From positions 288,001-352,000 of the forward strand of contig OY820591.1 in NCBI GenBank assembly GCA_963555985.3: a DNA stretch of 64,000 bases, read 5' to 3'. Below are positions 10,462 to 20,039 of the stretch, piece by piece. This DNA comes from Dehalococcoidia bacterium (GTDB taxonomy: Bacteria; Chloroflexota; Dehalococcoidia; Bin125). Position 1 is the stretch's first letter. Every line of letters begins with the position of its first letter. Made by a program: the position numbers and the translations under genes. The notes below the pieces were generated by a model that made no database searches, was not told the DNA's origin, and saw nothing but the letters and a program-made list of their open reading frames with translations.

Positions 10462-10582
10462 GGGGTGTTCCTTTCTGCTGAATCCAGGACTCTTGATCTT
10501 ATATGGATAGATGTTCGGTTTGCAAACTGGTTAGGTGTGTTGTGGTTGTCGTTGGTGGGTTGGGTGCTGGATGTGGCGTTTC

Positions 10583-10870
10583 ACCCCCTCTGCCCCGTTG
10601 GGGCCTCTCCCCCTCAAGGGGGAGATTTTGGGGGAGGTGGGGTTGGGGGTTGGGTGCTGGTCACGGCGAGATACCCGCGGCGGAGCGCGGGTATGACGGA
10701 GTTTGTTGGGGTGGGAATGACGGAGATGGGGATTTCGCAACGGTCTCCGCAGGCGCGAGTCCAGATGCCATTCGAGACGCTGCATGGATTCCCGCGTTCG
10801 CGGGAATGACGGACATAGGGATTTGCACAGGCCTCCCTGTGCGGGGACAGGCTCTTGAGGGGGAGATTTT
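10583..10870. repeat. Composite repeat cluster (family A hairpin, GATACCCGCG-type hairpin, dRS3-like hairpin, TIR-like ends)
   Basis: CCCCTCTGCCCC..CTCCCCCTCAAGGGGGAGA; GAGATACCCGCGGCGGAGCGCGGGTATGACGG; ATTCCC-N8-GGGAAT at 10788-10807. Confidence 0.8.
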
Positions 10871-10888
10871 GGATGGGGGGCGTGGTTG

Positions 10889-11956
10889 TTAGGGTTGCTT
10901 GGAGGTTGGTTCTGGGGGTTTGAGCAGGTTTGTGAGGAGTTCTCGGGCTTGGAGGTAGAGGGCTTTGACGCCGCTGACCATGCCTTGGGGGAGGAGGAGG
11001 ATGAGCAGGATGAGGGCGAGGCCGTAGGCGATCTGGACGTAGTTGGGGTTTTCGGCGAAGGGGAGTTCGGGGACGAAGAGGACGACGGCGGTTCCGACGA
11101 GGGGTCCGAGCAGGGGGACGGCGCCTCCGAGCAGGACCATGAGGGCGAGTTCGATTCCGTCCTGGGCACCGAAGAGGCTGGGTTCGATGTGTCTGAGCAG
11201 GAAGGCGTAGTGGACGCCGGCGGCTCCGGTGAAGGCTCCGCTGAGGGTGAAGGCGATGATTTTGGTGCGCGCGAGGCGGATGCCGATGGACTCGGCGAGG
11301 TCTTCGTTTTCGCGGACGGCGCGCATGGTGGCGCCGAATCCGGAGCGGCGAATGAGGTAGACCGCGAAGATCGCGATGACGAGATAGGCGACGGTGACGT
11401 AGTAGATCGAGTTCGCCGACTGGAGGCCGATACCGAAGAAGTCGGGCATACCGCCCTGCACGATCAGGCCGAGCCGGCGGCCGCTCTCGAAGCCGCCGCC
11501 GTTTTCGAGCACGATTCGCACCAGTTCGCCGAAGCCGAAGGTGGCGATCAGGAAGAAGTGGCCGCGAATGCGGAGTGCGGGATAGGCGAGCATCGCCGCT
11601 GCGACCGAGGAGAGGATGATGCCCAAGGGCAGCACGGCCCAGTAGGACCAGCCAAACTCACGGAAGAAGATGGCTCCGGTGTAGGCGCCGATGGCCCAGA
11701 GTCCGGCGTGGGCGAGCGAGAGGATGCCGGCTTGCCCGAAGATCACGGCGAGTCCGTAGACGGCGATTGCGGTGGTACCGGTGACGGTGGCGAGGAAGAG
11801 GTGGCGGCTGGTGGTGAACTCGGGAATCAGCAGGATGAAGATGCCGACCGCGATGATCACGACGACGCGCTCGGCGGTGGACAGCCGCCGGGGGCCGCTC
11901 ATGGCTTCGGCGATCCGGTTGCTGGCGAAGGTGCTCATTCGCATCTGATCGCGCAA
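10889..11956 (-). CDS. livM: Liv-type ABC transporter permease (LivM-like), copy 2
   Basis: SLAHAGLWAIGAY, PALRIRGHFF, RAVRENE, MVLLGG. Confidence 0.9.
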   Translation of the reverse strand: MRDQMRMSTFASNRIAEAMSGPRRLSTAERVVVIIAVGIFILLIPEFTTSRHLFLATVTGTTAIAVYGLAVIFGQAGILSLAHAGLWAIGAYTGAIFFREFGWSYWAVLPLGIILSSVAAAMLAYPALRIRGHFFLIATFGFGELVRIVLENGGGFESGRRLGLIVQGGMPDFFGIGLQSANSIYYVTVAYLVIAIFAVYLIRRSGFGATMRAVRENEDLAESIGIRLARTKIIAFTLSGAFTGAAGVHYAFLLRHIEPSLFGAQDGIELALMVLLGGAVPLLGPLVGTAVVLFVPELPFAENPNYVQIAYGLALILLILLLPQGMVSGVKALYLQARELLTNLLKPPEPTSKQP

Positions 11957-11969
11957 TCGTGGGGCGCGG

Positions 11970-12848
11970 CTAGCGCGCCGGCGGGCCCTGCAAGCCGGTC
12001 AGCAGACCTCTGGGGCGGACCAGCAGGATGATGATCATGACGATGAAGGCGTAGGACTCGGACCATTCGGGCTGGAAGTACTGGGTGCCCATGGCTTCGG
12101 CGAGTCCGAGTCCGAAGGCGGCGAGGATCGCGCCGAGCGGATTGCCCAAGCCACCGGCGAGAGCGACGGCGAAGGCCTTGATCACGAAGCGTCCGCCGAT
12201 GAAGGGGTCGATGGGGAAGAGTCCGATCATGAGCGCGCCGCCGAGGCCGGCGAGCAGGGAGCCGACCAGGAAGACGATCATGATGTAGCGGCGGACGGGG
12301 ATGCCCATGAGGGCGGCGGTGTCGCGGTCGATCGCGCTGGCGCGGAGCGCGCGTCCGTGACCGCTGCGGTAGATCACCCAGAGCATGATGGCGACGACCG
12401 CGAGCGTCGCGCCGACGACCAGCACGCGAGTAGCCGGGATGCGGGCGCCGCCAAGGTCGAAGACCTTACTGATCGGGGCGGGGATATCGACGATGCTGGC
12501 GCCAACTGGAGACAGTTCGACCAATAAGTGCTGTAAGACGATGATCAGACCGAGCGAGACGATGAAGCCGTTGATGGGTGAGTCGAAGGTGAAGCGGAAG
12601 ACGCCGCGTTCGAGGGCGAGCCCGATCAGTCCGACGGCGACGATGGCGAAGACGAGGCCGAGCCAGAAGCTGCTGCTGAGTTGGATCGTGACGAACCAGG
12701 CGAGGAAACCGCCGATCACCAGCAATTCGCCATGGGCGAACATGACGAGTCCGGTGAGGCCGAAGATCAGGGTGACGCCCAGGGCCATGAGGGCGATGAC
12801 GGCGCCGATGGACAGGCCGTTGATCACCTGTTGCAGGAAGATCTCCAT
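11970..12848 (-). CDS. livH: Liv-type ABC transporter permease (LivH-like), copy 2
   Basis: GVTLIFGLTGLVMFAHGE, DRDTAALMGIPV, VRPRGL; clear paralog of 5977-6852. Confidence 0.9.
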   Translation of the reverse strand: MEIFLQQVINGLSIGAVIALMALGVTLIFGLTGLVMFAHGELLVIGGFLAWFVTIQLSSSFWLGLVFAIVAVGLIGLALERGVFRFTFDSPINGFIVSLGLIIVLQHLLVELSPVGASIVDIPAPISKVFDLGGARIPATRVLVVGATLAVVAIMLWVIYRSGHGRALRASAIDRDTAALMGIPVRRYIMIVFLVGSLLAGLGGALMIGLFPIDPFIGGRFVIKAFAVALAGGLGNPLGAILAAFGLGLAEAMGTQYFQPEWSESYAFIVMIIILLVRPRGLLTGLQGPPAR

Positions 12849-12907
12849 GAGTGGCTCATCCTCCCCGAATCGGCCTGACCGCTAACGACGCGCAACCCCT
12901 GATCCTG

Positions 12908-12938
12908 CTCTCCCCCCGCGCCGCGCACGGGGGGAGAG
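12908..12938. repeat. REP-like hairpin (partial family A)
   Basis: CTCTCCCCCCG..CGGGGGGAGAG between the binding-protein gene and livH. Confidence 0.65.
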
Positions 12939-12965
12939 CGACTGTTTCAGCTCACGATCTGTCTC

Positions 12966-14429
12966 TTACTGCTCGGAGCCGTCCTGGTTTGCCAGCACGA
13001 ACTCGTCGGTGACGCCGAGCGCTTCGGGGCCGTACTCCTCAAGTGAGAAGTTGGTGCATGAGATCTCGCCGAGCTGGACCCGGCAGGTGTCGTAGCCGTG
13101 TGCGACCCGATGCCATTCGGGGTCCATCGTCAGGGTCGAACTGAGTACTCCGTCGATGGTGATGCCCTCCATCGCTTCGGCGATCGCGGTGGTGTCGTCC
13201 ACCGTGCCGGCCTTCTGCATCGCCGCCACCAGCATGTAGACGTAGTCGTACTGCCAGAGCGTGATGTCGGTCAGCGGGGCGGGTGAGCAGCCGTCGGGGT
13301 TGCCGCATTCGAACTCGTTGACGGCGCGGTAGTGCTCGCGCGAGCGCTCGCTGCTGTTGATGGCGCGGCAGAGGTTGATGCAGGCCAGCACGATCGGGGC
13401 TTCGTTGTCGATCCCGCCGGGGAAGTTCTCTTCCCACCAGCCGGGGTCAACGCCGAAGACCATGTAGCCGCGGGCGACTTCGAGTTCGAGCGCCTGCTCG
13501 GCGATCAGGACCGAGTCGGCCGCGATGTACCAGTTATGCATCCAGTCGGGCTCAAGCCCCTTGAGGCGGGTCAGGAAGGGGGTGAAGTCGGTGGTGCCGG
13601 GCGGGTAGAAGACGACCGGGTGGGTCTTCTGCCCGAGCGCGGTGAGGACGCCGTTGTAGAAGCGTCCGAGGAACTGTCCGGAGGGGTCGTCGGTGGCGAT
13701 GATGACGGAGGTGTCGCCTTCTTCGGCACCGAGCAGTTCGAGCACGCCGGCGGCGGTGATGGTGCTTCGGGTGAGCTCGGAGGGCTCGATCTGGAACAGC
13801 CACTTGTGGGTGGTTTGCGATGTCTCCGGGTTGAGCACGCCATCCTCGGAGGTGAGGATGCTGAGCGACATCAGGTGCAGCACCTGCTCGGGCTGGGTCA
13901 GCTCGGAGGCGGCCAGGCCAATCCCGTGGGGGATGGGGCCGAAGATGATCTTGATGCCTTCGTCGCGGATCAACTCCTGCACCGCCGCGATGCCGACCGC
14001 GTCGTCGGAACGGGTGTCGCGGGCGACGACTTCGATGGTGTAGGTGGTGTCGCCGACGACGAAGCCGCCGGCCTCGTTGATCTGCTGGACGGCGAGCATC
14101 AGCCCAACCTCTTCGGACTTGCCGTAGAAGGCGAGGCCGCCGCCGGAGAGCGGCTGGACGGAGCCGATGCGGACGACGCCGGTCTTGGCTTCGGGTTCTG
14201 CTTGTTGCTGGGCCTGCGGTTGGGGCTGCGGCTGAGCTTGCTGTTGTTGCGCTTGCGGCTGGGCTTGCTGTTCCGCTTGCGGTTGCGCCTGGGCGACCGT
14301 TTGTTGCTCGTCATCATCGTCGCCGCAGGCGGCGAGGACGAAGCCGAGCAGGAGCGCAGTGAGCGCGACGGCGACCATTCCGATCCAACGCCACCGGGGC
14401 AGGCGTGTATCCAACTGCTGGTCGTTCAT
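12966..14429 (-). CDS. Liv-type ABC substrate-binding lipoprotein, copy 2
   Basis: Lipobox LAAC-GDDDD, Q/P-rich linker, IGSVQPLSG, INEAGG, GTTDFTP. Confidence 0.85.
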   Translation of the reverse strand: MNDQQLDTRLPRWRWIGMVAVALTALLLGFVLAACGDDDDEQQTVAQAQPQAEQQAQPQAQQQQAQPQPQPQAQQQAEPEAKTGVVRIGSVQPLSGGGLAFYGKSEEVGLMLAVQQINEAGGFVVGDTTYTIEVVARDTRSDDAVGIAAVQELIRDEGIKIIFGPIPHGIGLAASELTQPEQVLHLMSLSILTSEDGVLNPETSQTTHKWLFQIEPSELTRSTITAAGVLELLGAEEGDTSVIIATDDPSGQFLGRFYNGVLTALGQKTHPVVFYPPGTTDFTPFLTRLKGLEPDWMHNWYIAADSVLIAEQALELEVARGYMVFGVDPGWWEENFPGGIDNEAPIVLACINLCRAINSSERSREHYRAVNEFECGNPDGCSPAPLTDITLWQYDYVYMLVAAMQKAGTVDDTTAIAEAMEGITIDGVLSSTLTMDPEWHRVAHGYDTCRVQLGEISCTNFSLEEYGPEALGVTDEFVLANQDGSEQ

Positions 14430-14483
14430 CTGGGCGCCTCTCTGGCTCCAGCGCCGCACCGCCGGCGGGGCGGTCAGCGCTCC

Positions 14484-15320
14484 TTACTCATAGGTGTGTC
14501 CGGGCATGAATTGGATCTCCTTGATCGCCAGTTCTCCCTGGGAGTACTGCATGCCCGATTCGTCGTGGCCGGGGAAGATGAAGGCATCGAGTTCGGAGGC
14601 GATGCCTTCGACCTTCGTGCATGAATTGAGGAAGTCTTCGTTGCTGGTATTGACGAAGTTGGGGATCGGGGGCGGACCGAAGGCGTCGTGCGTGCTGACC
14701 GCGTCGCCGGCGAGCAGCGCCCAGCCGGTGGTGTCGAGCCGCACGAGGACGCCCATCGAGCCGGGGGTGTGACCGGGCAGGCTGATCGTCCAGAGGTCTT
14801 CGAGGATCTCCTGGTCGCCGTACATCAGGGTGGGATTGCGGCGGGAGATGAAGTGCCAGTCCTTGCGCACGAAGAAGTTGTCGGCCGACCAGATGTTGGT
14901 GGCGTAGCGGTGTTCGTCTTCGTGCAGGACGATCTGCGCGCCGGCGTCTTCGAACGCTCGCAGGCCGCCGGCGTGATCGGCGTGGCAGTGGCTGAGGATC
15001 ACATAGTCGAAGTCGTCCGGGCCCAGTCCGATCTGTTTGAGCGAGTTCTCCAGCAGTACATCGGCGTTGAGTTCACTGAGGTCGATCGTGGCTTGCCATT
15101 CGGGCAGCCACTCCTCGGCGAAGTTGGTCGAGATGCCGGTGTCGTAGAGGATGCGTCCGGCGGGGTGATTGATGATGTAGGCGAGCGAGGGACAGCGGTA
15201 CCAAGTACGCGGCATACTGGTGCGGCCGGGCAAGAGCATGTCGTTGGGGTTGGGGTAGCCCAGCAGCCCGTAGTCCATGCCCATGTAGCCGAGCTTGAGG
15301 CCTTGCAGCGTGATGCCCAT
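14484..15320 (-). CDS. Metallo-beta-lactamase-fold lactonase (N-acyl-homoserine lactonase AiiA/AttM-like family)
   Basis: LYDTG, HCHADH (HxHxDH), PGHTPG, GDA and PGHD metal ligands. Confidence 0.85.
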   Translation of the reverse strand: MGITLQGLKLGYMGMDYGLLGYPNPNDMLLPGRTSMPRTWYRCPSLAYIINHPAGRILYDTGISTNFAEEWLPEWQATIDLSELNADVLLENSLKQIGLGPDDFDYVILSHCHADHAGGLRAFEDAGAQIVLHEDEHRYATNIWSADNFFVRKDWHFISRRNPTLMYGDQEILEDLWTISLPGHTPGSMGVLVRLDTTGWALLAGDAVSTHDAFGPPPIPNFVNTSNEDFLNSCTKVEGIASELDAFIFPGHDESGMQYSQGELAIKEIQFMPGHTYE

Positions 15321-15367
15321 CGTGATTCCTACCTCTCGGTCAAGGCCCGGTTGGGGAGTCTGGCTGG

Positions 15368-15412
15368 GACCCCCTCTGCCTTCGGCAGCTCCCCCCGCAG
15401 TGCGGGGGGAGC
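15368..15412. repeat. REP-like family A repeat
   Basis: CCCCTCTGCCTTCGGCAGCTCCCCCCGCAGTGCGGGGGGAG. Confidence 0.8.
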
Positions 15413-15422
15413 TGGGAATGCG

Positions 15423-16805
15423 CTAGGCGCCGTTGGTCGGGCTGAGGCCGGGCGAGACGTCGGGGTTGACCACGAGGCCGCCACAGGCGTCGGCGAGCGC
15501 GGGCATGCACTGGTCGGCGAACATGTGCATCTGCTCTTCGGTCTCTTCGCCGCGGTAGCCGCCCATTTCGAACCAGCAGGTGAACATGAAGTCCTCGTAG
15601 CCGACGGTCTCCTTGACCTCCATGATCTGTTCAACGATCTGGTCGGCGGTGCCGACGAAGGCGAGGCCCTTGTCGATGCAGAGGTCGGCGGTGACGGGGC
15701 GGTCGGGCGGGGGGGGCGGCTCGTCGATGTCGGTGATCACGCCGCCGAAGCCGAACGCGCCGAGGTAGGGCCAGGCTGCTTCCATGCCCAGCTTGTAGCG
15801 TTCGAGGTCGTTCTTCTCGTCGCCCGGCTTGAGGATGTGCACGTAGCGGGCCGGCGAGAAGCCGCGCTTGACATCCGCGTCGTAGCCGAACTTCCAGGGA
15901 CCCTCACGGTCGAGGCGGTCCGGCCAGCTGTGCTGCTCCAGCGTCTCGTAGTAGCGCTCGACATTGGCCTTGAGCCGCGAGTTGGGCTCGGGAATCGTGT
16001 AGCAGTTCACCCCGTGCGCGGCGGCCCACTCGATCGAGCGCGGGCTGGTGACCGGCATCCACATCGGCGGAACCGGCTTCTGGATCGGGTGCGGATAGAC
16101 GCTGATCTCCTTGAGGGTCGTACCGGTCGCGTAGACGGGCGGACCGGAGGCGTACATGTCCGGCGCGCCGAGGTCGAGCACGCTGTCGAGGTCGCGGTCG
16201 ACGTGCTCCTGGCTGAAGTAGGCGATCGTCGAGGGGTTGCCCCACTTGGTGTAGCTGGGCGGCAGGTTGAAGAACTCGCCGGTGTGGCTGAACGAGTGCT
16301 CCCTCCAGGCTTTGTTGATGATCTGGAAGCACTCTTCGAAGAAGGAGCGGTTGCGCTCCTGGTCCTGGATCGTCGCGCCCTGCGCGCCGCCGAGGACCTC
16401 GGTCTCGCGCGACTGATAGCCGCGTCCGACCCCGAATTCGAGCCGCCCGCCGCTGATCACGTCGAGCATCGCGCCCTGCTCGGCCAGCCGGATCGGGTGG
16501 TGCCAGGGCAGGATGTTGGCCATCTGGCCCAGGCGGATGCGGCTCGTCTGGGCAGCGATCGCGGTCTCGGCGAGGATCGGGTTGGGGCTGAATTCGACCC
16601 CCTCCGGCTGCATGTGGTGCTCGGTCATGAACCAGTAGTTGAAACCGAGTTCCTCGGCCAGGACGCCCTGCCGGATCTGATTGACCAGGACTCGCTGGAA
16701 GCTCTCGCTGGTCTCGTCGAGCGTTCCGGCATTGACCCGCGTGCCGTTGACCACGTTGCTACCGAGGTCGACGGCGCCGTTGTGGAAGATTCCGAGCTCA
16801 AGCAT
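15423..16805 (-). CDS. LLM-class (luciferase-like) flavin-dependent monooxygenase
   Basis: AEELGF-WFMTEHH, HPIRLAEQGAMLDVISGGRLEFGVGRGY, YPHPIQKP. Confidence 0.9.
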   Translation of the reverse strand: MLELGIFHNGAVDLGSNVVNGTRVNAGTLDETSESFQRVLVNQIRQGVLAEELGFNYWFMTEHHMQPEGVEFSPNPILAETAIAAQTSRIRLGQMANILPWHHPIRLAEQGAMLDVISGGRLEFGVGRGYQSRETEVLGGAQGATIQDQERNRSFFEECFQIINKAWREHSFSHTGEFFNLPPSYTKWGNPSTIAYFSQEHVDRDLDSVLDLGAPDMYASGPPVYATGTTLKEISVYPHPIQKPVPPMWMPVTSPRSIEWAAAHGVNCYTIPEPNSRLKANVERYYETLEQHSWPDRLDREGPWKFGYDADVKRGFSPARYVHILKPGDEKNDLERYKLGMEAAWPYLGAFGFGGVITDIDEPPPPPDRPVTADLCIDKGLAFVGTADQIVEQIMEVKETVGYEDFMFTCWFEMGGYRGEETEEQMHMFADQCMPALADACGGLVVNPDVSPGLSPTNGA

Positions 16806-17101
16806 GGTGTTCCTTTCGTTCGCCGGCTTCGGCGAGGCTGCTGTCCACCGCTGTGGTGGAGCGCTGCGACTAATGGATGCGTCTCCGTTCGGCTATCGCA
16901 GGCGATCCGATCTGCGCGGACGCCTACTCCAGCGCGTAGCGGCATTCTGCGAATCGCAACATGGGCTGTCAGTACGCGCCATGACAGTGAGGGGCGCTCC
17001 GTTCTCCTCTCTTTTGGAGGTGAGTGGATGGGAAGAGAGGGATGTTGCAGCCGCCTGCACTCGCGCTATCATTCTCGTACGGTTGTGCCGTATCAGTCGA
17101 A

Positions 17102-20023
17102 ATGACCGACGCTTTGCCGACCTCGCTCTCCGCCTCCGAATTCGCCGCCAAGTGGCGCGACAACGCGCGACGTGAGCGCGCCTCCTCTCAGGAGCACTTC
17201 ATCGACCTTTGCCGCCTGCTTGGTCTCCAGACCCCCAACGAAGCCGACCCGGCCGGCGAGTGGTACAGCTTTGAGCGCCGCGTCGACAAGACGCTTGGCG
17301 GCAAGGGCTGGGCTGATGTCTGGAAACGGGGGCACTTCGGCTGGGAGTACAAGGGCGACCACGCCGACCTGAGCGCTGCCTACCGGCAACTGCTTGATTA
17401 CCGCGAAGACCTCGAAAATCCGCCTGCGCTGGTTGTCAGCGATATGGACCGGATCGAGATCCACACCAACTTCACCTACACCCGCCCGACCGTTCACACG
17501 CTGACCCTCGATGACCTCGCCGCCGGCGGCGAAGCGACCGCCGATGCGTTGCGCATTATCCGCGCCGTGATGAGCGACCCGGAGGCGCTGCGACCGCGAC
17601 GCACGCCCGACGAGGTAACTCGGGAGGCGGCCTCGCGCTTCGCCGATCTCGCGCGCGGAATGCAGGAGCGCGGCCACGATCCCGAAGTCGTCGCGCACTT
17701 CCTCAATCGCGTGTTGTTTTGTCTGTTCGCTGAAGACGTCGGCCTGCTGCCCCGGCGCTTGATGACCGACCTGATCGAATCGCGCAAGGACGACCCCGGC
17801 GAGTTCGCCCAGGGACTCGCCGATCTGTTCCGGCTGATGTCCGAGCGTGACGCCGGGCGTTTTTTCGGTACCCAGCGGATCGAGTGGTTCAACGGCGGAC
17901 TGTTCGACGACGACTCGACGCTGGCCTTCACGCGCGACGAACTGCGCACCGTGGCCGAGGCCGCCACGCTCGACTGGTCGCAGGTCGAACCCGCGATCCT
18001 CGGCACGCTCTTCGAGCGCGGACTCGACCCGGCCAAGCGCGGACAACTGGGCGCCCACTACACCGACCGCGAGAAGATCCTGATGGTGGTCGAGCCGGTC
18101 GTGATCATCCCGCTGCGGCGCGAGTTTGCGACGATGCGTGAGCGCGCCGACGGGCTGATGAAGGGCCGCGCCCCCAGCCCGCTCACCCGCGAGGGCAAAC
18201 GCCGCACGCGCCTGCCCCAGTGGGAGCGGAACGCCGAAGCCGAGTGGCGCGGCTTCCTCGAGCGCCTGCGCAACGTGCGCGTGCTCGATCCTGCCTGCGG
18301 CTCGGGCAACTTCCTCTACGTCACCCTGCGCCTGCTCAAAGACCTCGAACACCAAGCGATCCGCTGGGGTGCAGAGCGCCTGCGGATCACCGGCGAATTC
18401 CCCCAAGTTGGCCCACACAACGTGCTGGGGATCGAGATCAATCCCTACGCCAAGGAACTGGCGGGAGTCGCGATCTGGATCGGGCACATTCAGTGGATGC
18501 TCGATCACGGCTACGGATTTCCGCGCGATCCAGTCTTGCAGCCGCTCGACAACATCGAGTTGCGCGACGCGATTCTGGCCTATGACGAGGAGGGGAGTCC
18601 GGTCCTGGCGACGTGGCCGGAGGCGGAATTTGTGGTTGGCAATCCGCCGTTTCTGGGTACGAAACTGATGCGGTTGTCGCTTGGGGATGCGTATGTGGAT
18701 GACTTGTTCACTGCATGGGATGAAGTGGTCGCTCGTGAGTCAGACTTGGCTTGCTACTGGCACGAGCAGGCGCGTCGTCAGATCGTCGCGGACAATTTGA
18801 GCCGCGCAGGATTGCTGGCGACGAACTCCATTCGCGGCGGCGCGAATCGCGCCGTGCTGAACGCTGTCAAGGAGAGCGGCGACATCTTCATGGCGTGGTC
18901 GGACGAGCCCTGGGTAGTTGATGGGGCAGCAGTTCGAGTCTCAATCGTTGCGCAAGACGGCGGCTCCGAAGAGCGCCACGTACTTGATGGCAAGACGGTG
19001 ACTGCGATCAACGCCGATCTGACCGTCGGGATCGATCTGACGCAAGCTCGGGTGCTTGCGGAGAACCAAAGCGTCTGCTTTATGGGCGATACCAAAGGCG
19101 GCGCATTCAACCTAGCGGGCGAAGTGGCTCGTGAGATGTTGCGGGAGCCGACCAACATCAACGGCTGCCCGAACGCCGATGTGGTAGTACCAAGAGTGAA
19201 CGGGTTAGACGTTACGCGCCGGCCTCGGGACGAGTTCGTCATTGATTTCGGCGCGGAGCTCTCCGAATCAGAAGCTGCTGCCTACGAAACGCCGTTTGAG
19301 TACCTGGTTGAGCATGTGCAACCAATTCGATCAAAGAATCGGCGGAAGGCATATCGGGAGCGTTGGTGGTTGCATGTCGAACCTCGTCCAGCGATGCGTG
19401 AAGCCTTAGCCCCGCTTCATCGCTTTATCGCTACACCGGCGGTTGCGAAACACCGGCTGTTCGTCTGGTTGTCAGCCCCGACTCTGCCTGACCATGCCCT
19501 GTTCGTATTCGCCCGCGACGACGACTATGCCTTCGGCGTGCTCCACTCGCGAGCGCATGAGCTCTGGTCGCTGCGCATGGGCACCTGGCTCGGTGTCGGC
19601 AACGATCCCCGCTACACCCCGACCTCTACCTTCGAGACCTTCCCCTTCCCCTGGCCGCTCAACACCCCCGACGACGCGCTGACCGCCGAACAATGCGCTC
19701 AGCGCGACGCGATCGGCAAGGCGGCGCGGGCGCTGGACACTGCCCGCCGGCGTTGGCTCAACCCGCCCGAGTGGGTGCGCGCAGAGGCGGACGTGCTGTC
19801 CTCGCTGCCGCCGCGTCTGTTGCCGGTCAACGAGGACGCGGCTAAGCAGTTGCGTAAGCGCACGCTGACCAATCTGTACAACGCGCGTCCGGCCTGGCTT
19901 GCGAATCTGCATCACGCCCTGGATCTAGCGGTCTTTGCCGCCTACGGCTGGCCGGCGGAGTTGGAGGATGATGAGATCCTGGAGCGGTTGCTGGCGCTCA
20001 ATCTGGAGCGTGCTGGGGATTAG
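17102..20023 (+). CDS. MmeI-like Type IIG/IIL restriction-modification fusion (endonuclease + N6-adenine methyltransferase + target recognition domain)
   Basis: N-terminal AD..WEYK PD-(D/E)xK motif, GAHYT, motif I DPACGSGNF, motif IV NPPF, C-terminal RYTP-TFETFPFP and RTLTNLYN. Confidence 0.85.
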   Translation: MTDALPTSLSASEFAAKWRDNARRERASSQEHFIDLCRLLGLQTPNEADPAGEWYSFERRVDKTLGGKGWADVWKRGHFGWEYKGDHADLSAAYRQLLDYREDLENPPALVVSDMDRIEIHTNFTYTRPTVHTLTLDDLAAGGEATADALRIIRAVMSDPEALRPRRTPDEVTREAASRFADLARGMQERGHDPEVVAHFLNRVLFCLFAEDVGLLPRRLMTDLIESRKDDPGEFAQGLADLFRLMSERDAGRFFGTQRIEWFNGGLFDDDSTLAFTRDELRTVAEAATLDWSQVEPAILGTLFERGLDPAKRGQLGAHYTDREKILMVVEPVVIIPLRREFATMRERADGLMKGRAPSPLTREGKRRTRLPQWERNAEAEWRGFLERLRNVRVLDPACGSGNFLYVTLRLLKDLEHQAIRWGAERLRITGEFPQVGPHNVLGIEINPYAKELAGVAIWIGHIQWMLDHGYGFPRDPVLQPLDNIELRDAILAYDEEGSPVLATWPEAEFVVGNPPFLGTKLMRLSLGDAYVDDLFTAWDEVVARESDLACYWHEQARRQIVADNLSRAGLLATNSIRGGANRAVLNAVKESGDIFMAWSDEPWVVDGAAVRVSIVAQDGGSEERHVLDGKTVTAINADLTVGIDLTQARVLAENQSVCFMGDTKGGAFNLAGEVAREMLREPTNINGCPNADVVVPRVNGLDVTRRPRDEFVIDFGAELSESEAAAYETPFEYLVEHVQPIRSKNRRKAYRERWWLHVEPRPAMREALAPLHRFIATPAVAKHRLFVWLSAPTLPDHALFVFARDDDYAFGVLHSRAHELWSLRMGTWLGVGNDPRYTPTSTFETFPFPWPLNTPDDALTAEQCAQRDAIGKAARALDTARRRWLNPPEWVRAEADVLSSLPPRLLPVNEDAAKQLRKRTLTNLYNARPAWLANLHHALDLAVFAAYGWPAELEDDEILERLLALNLERAGD

Positions 20024-20039
20024 GGGGCGTGGTCGTCTC

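Noticed and set aside
10078-11169. ORFs 10078-10809, 10503-10892 and 10531-11169
   Set aside because: Translations of repeat DNA (WIPAFAGMT, ARYPRRSAGMT) or shadows of neighbouring genes.
14484-15320. Beta-lactamase resistance gene
   Set aside because: No signal peptide, and motif spacing fits the lactonase branch of the MBL fold.
17102-20023. BREX or DISARM system
   Set aside because: No pglZ, brxC, drm or helicase neighbours; the gene stands alone and has its own nuclease motif.
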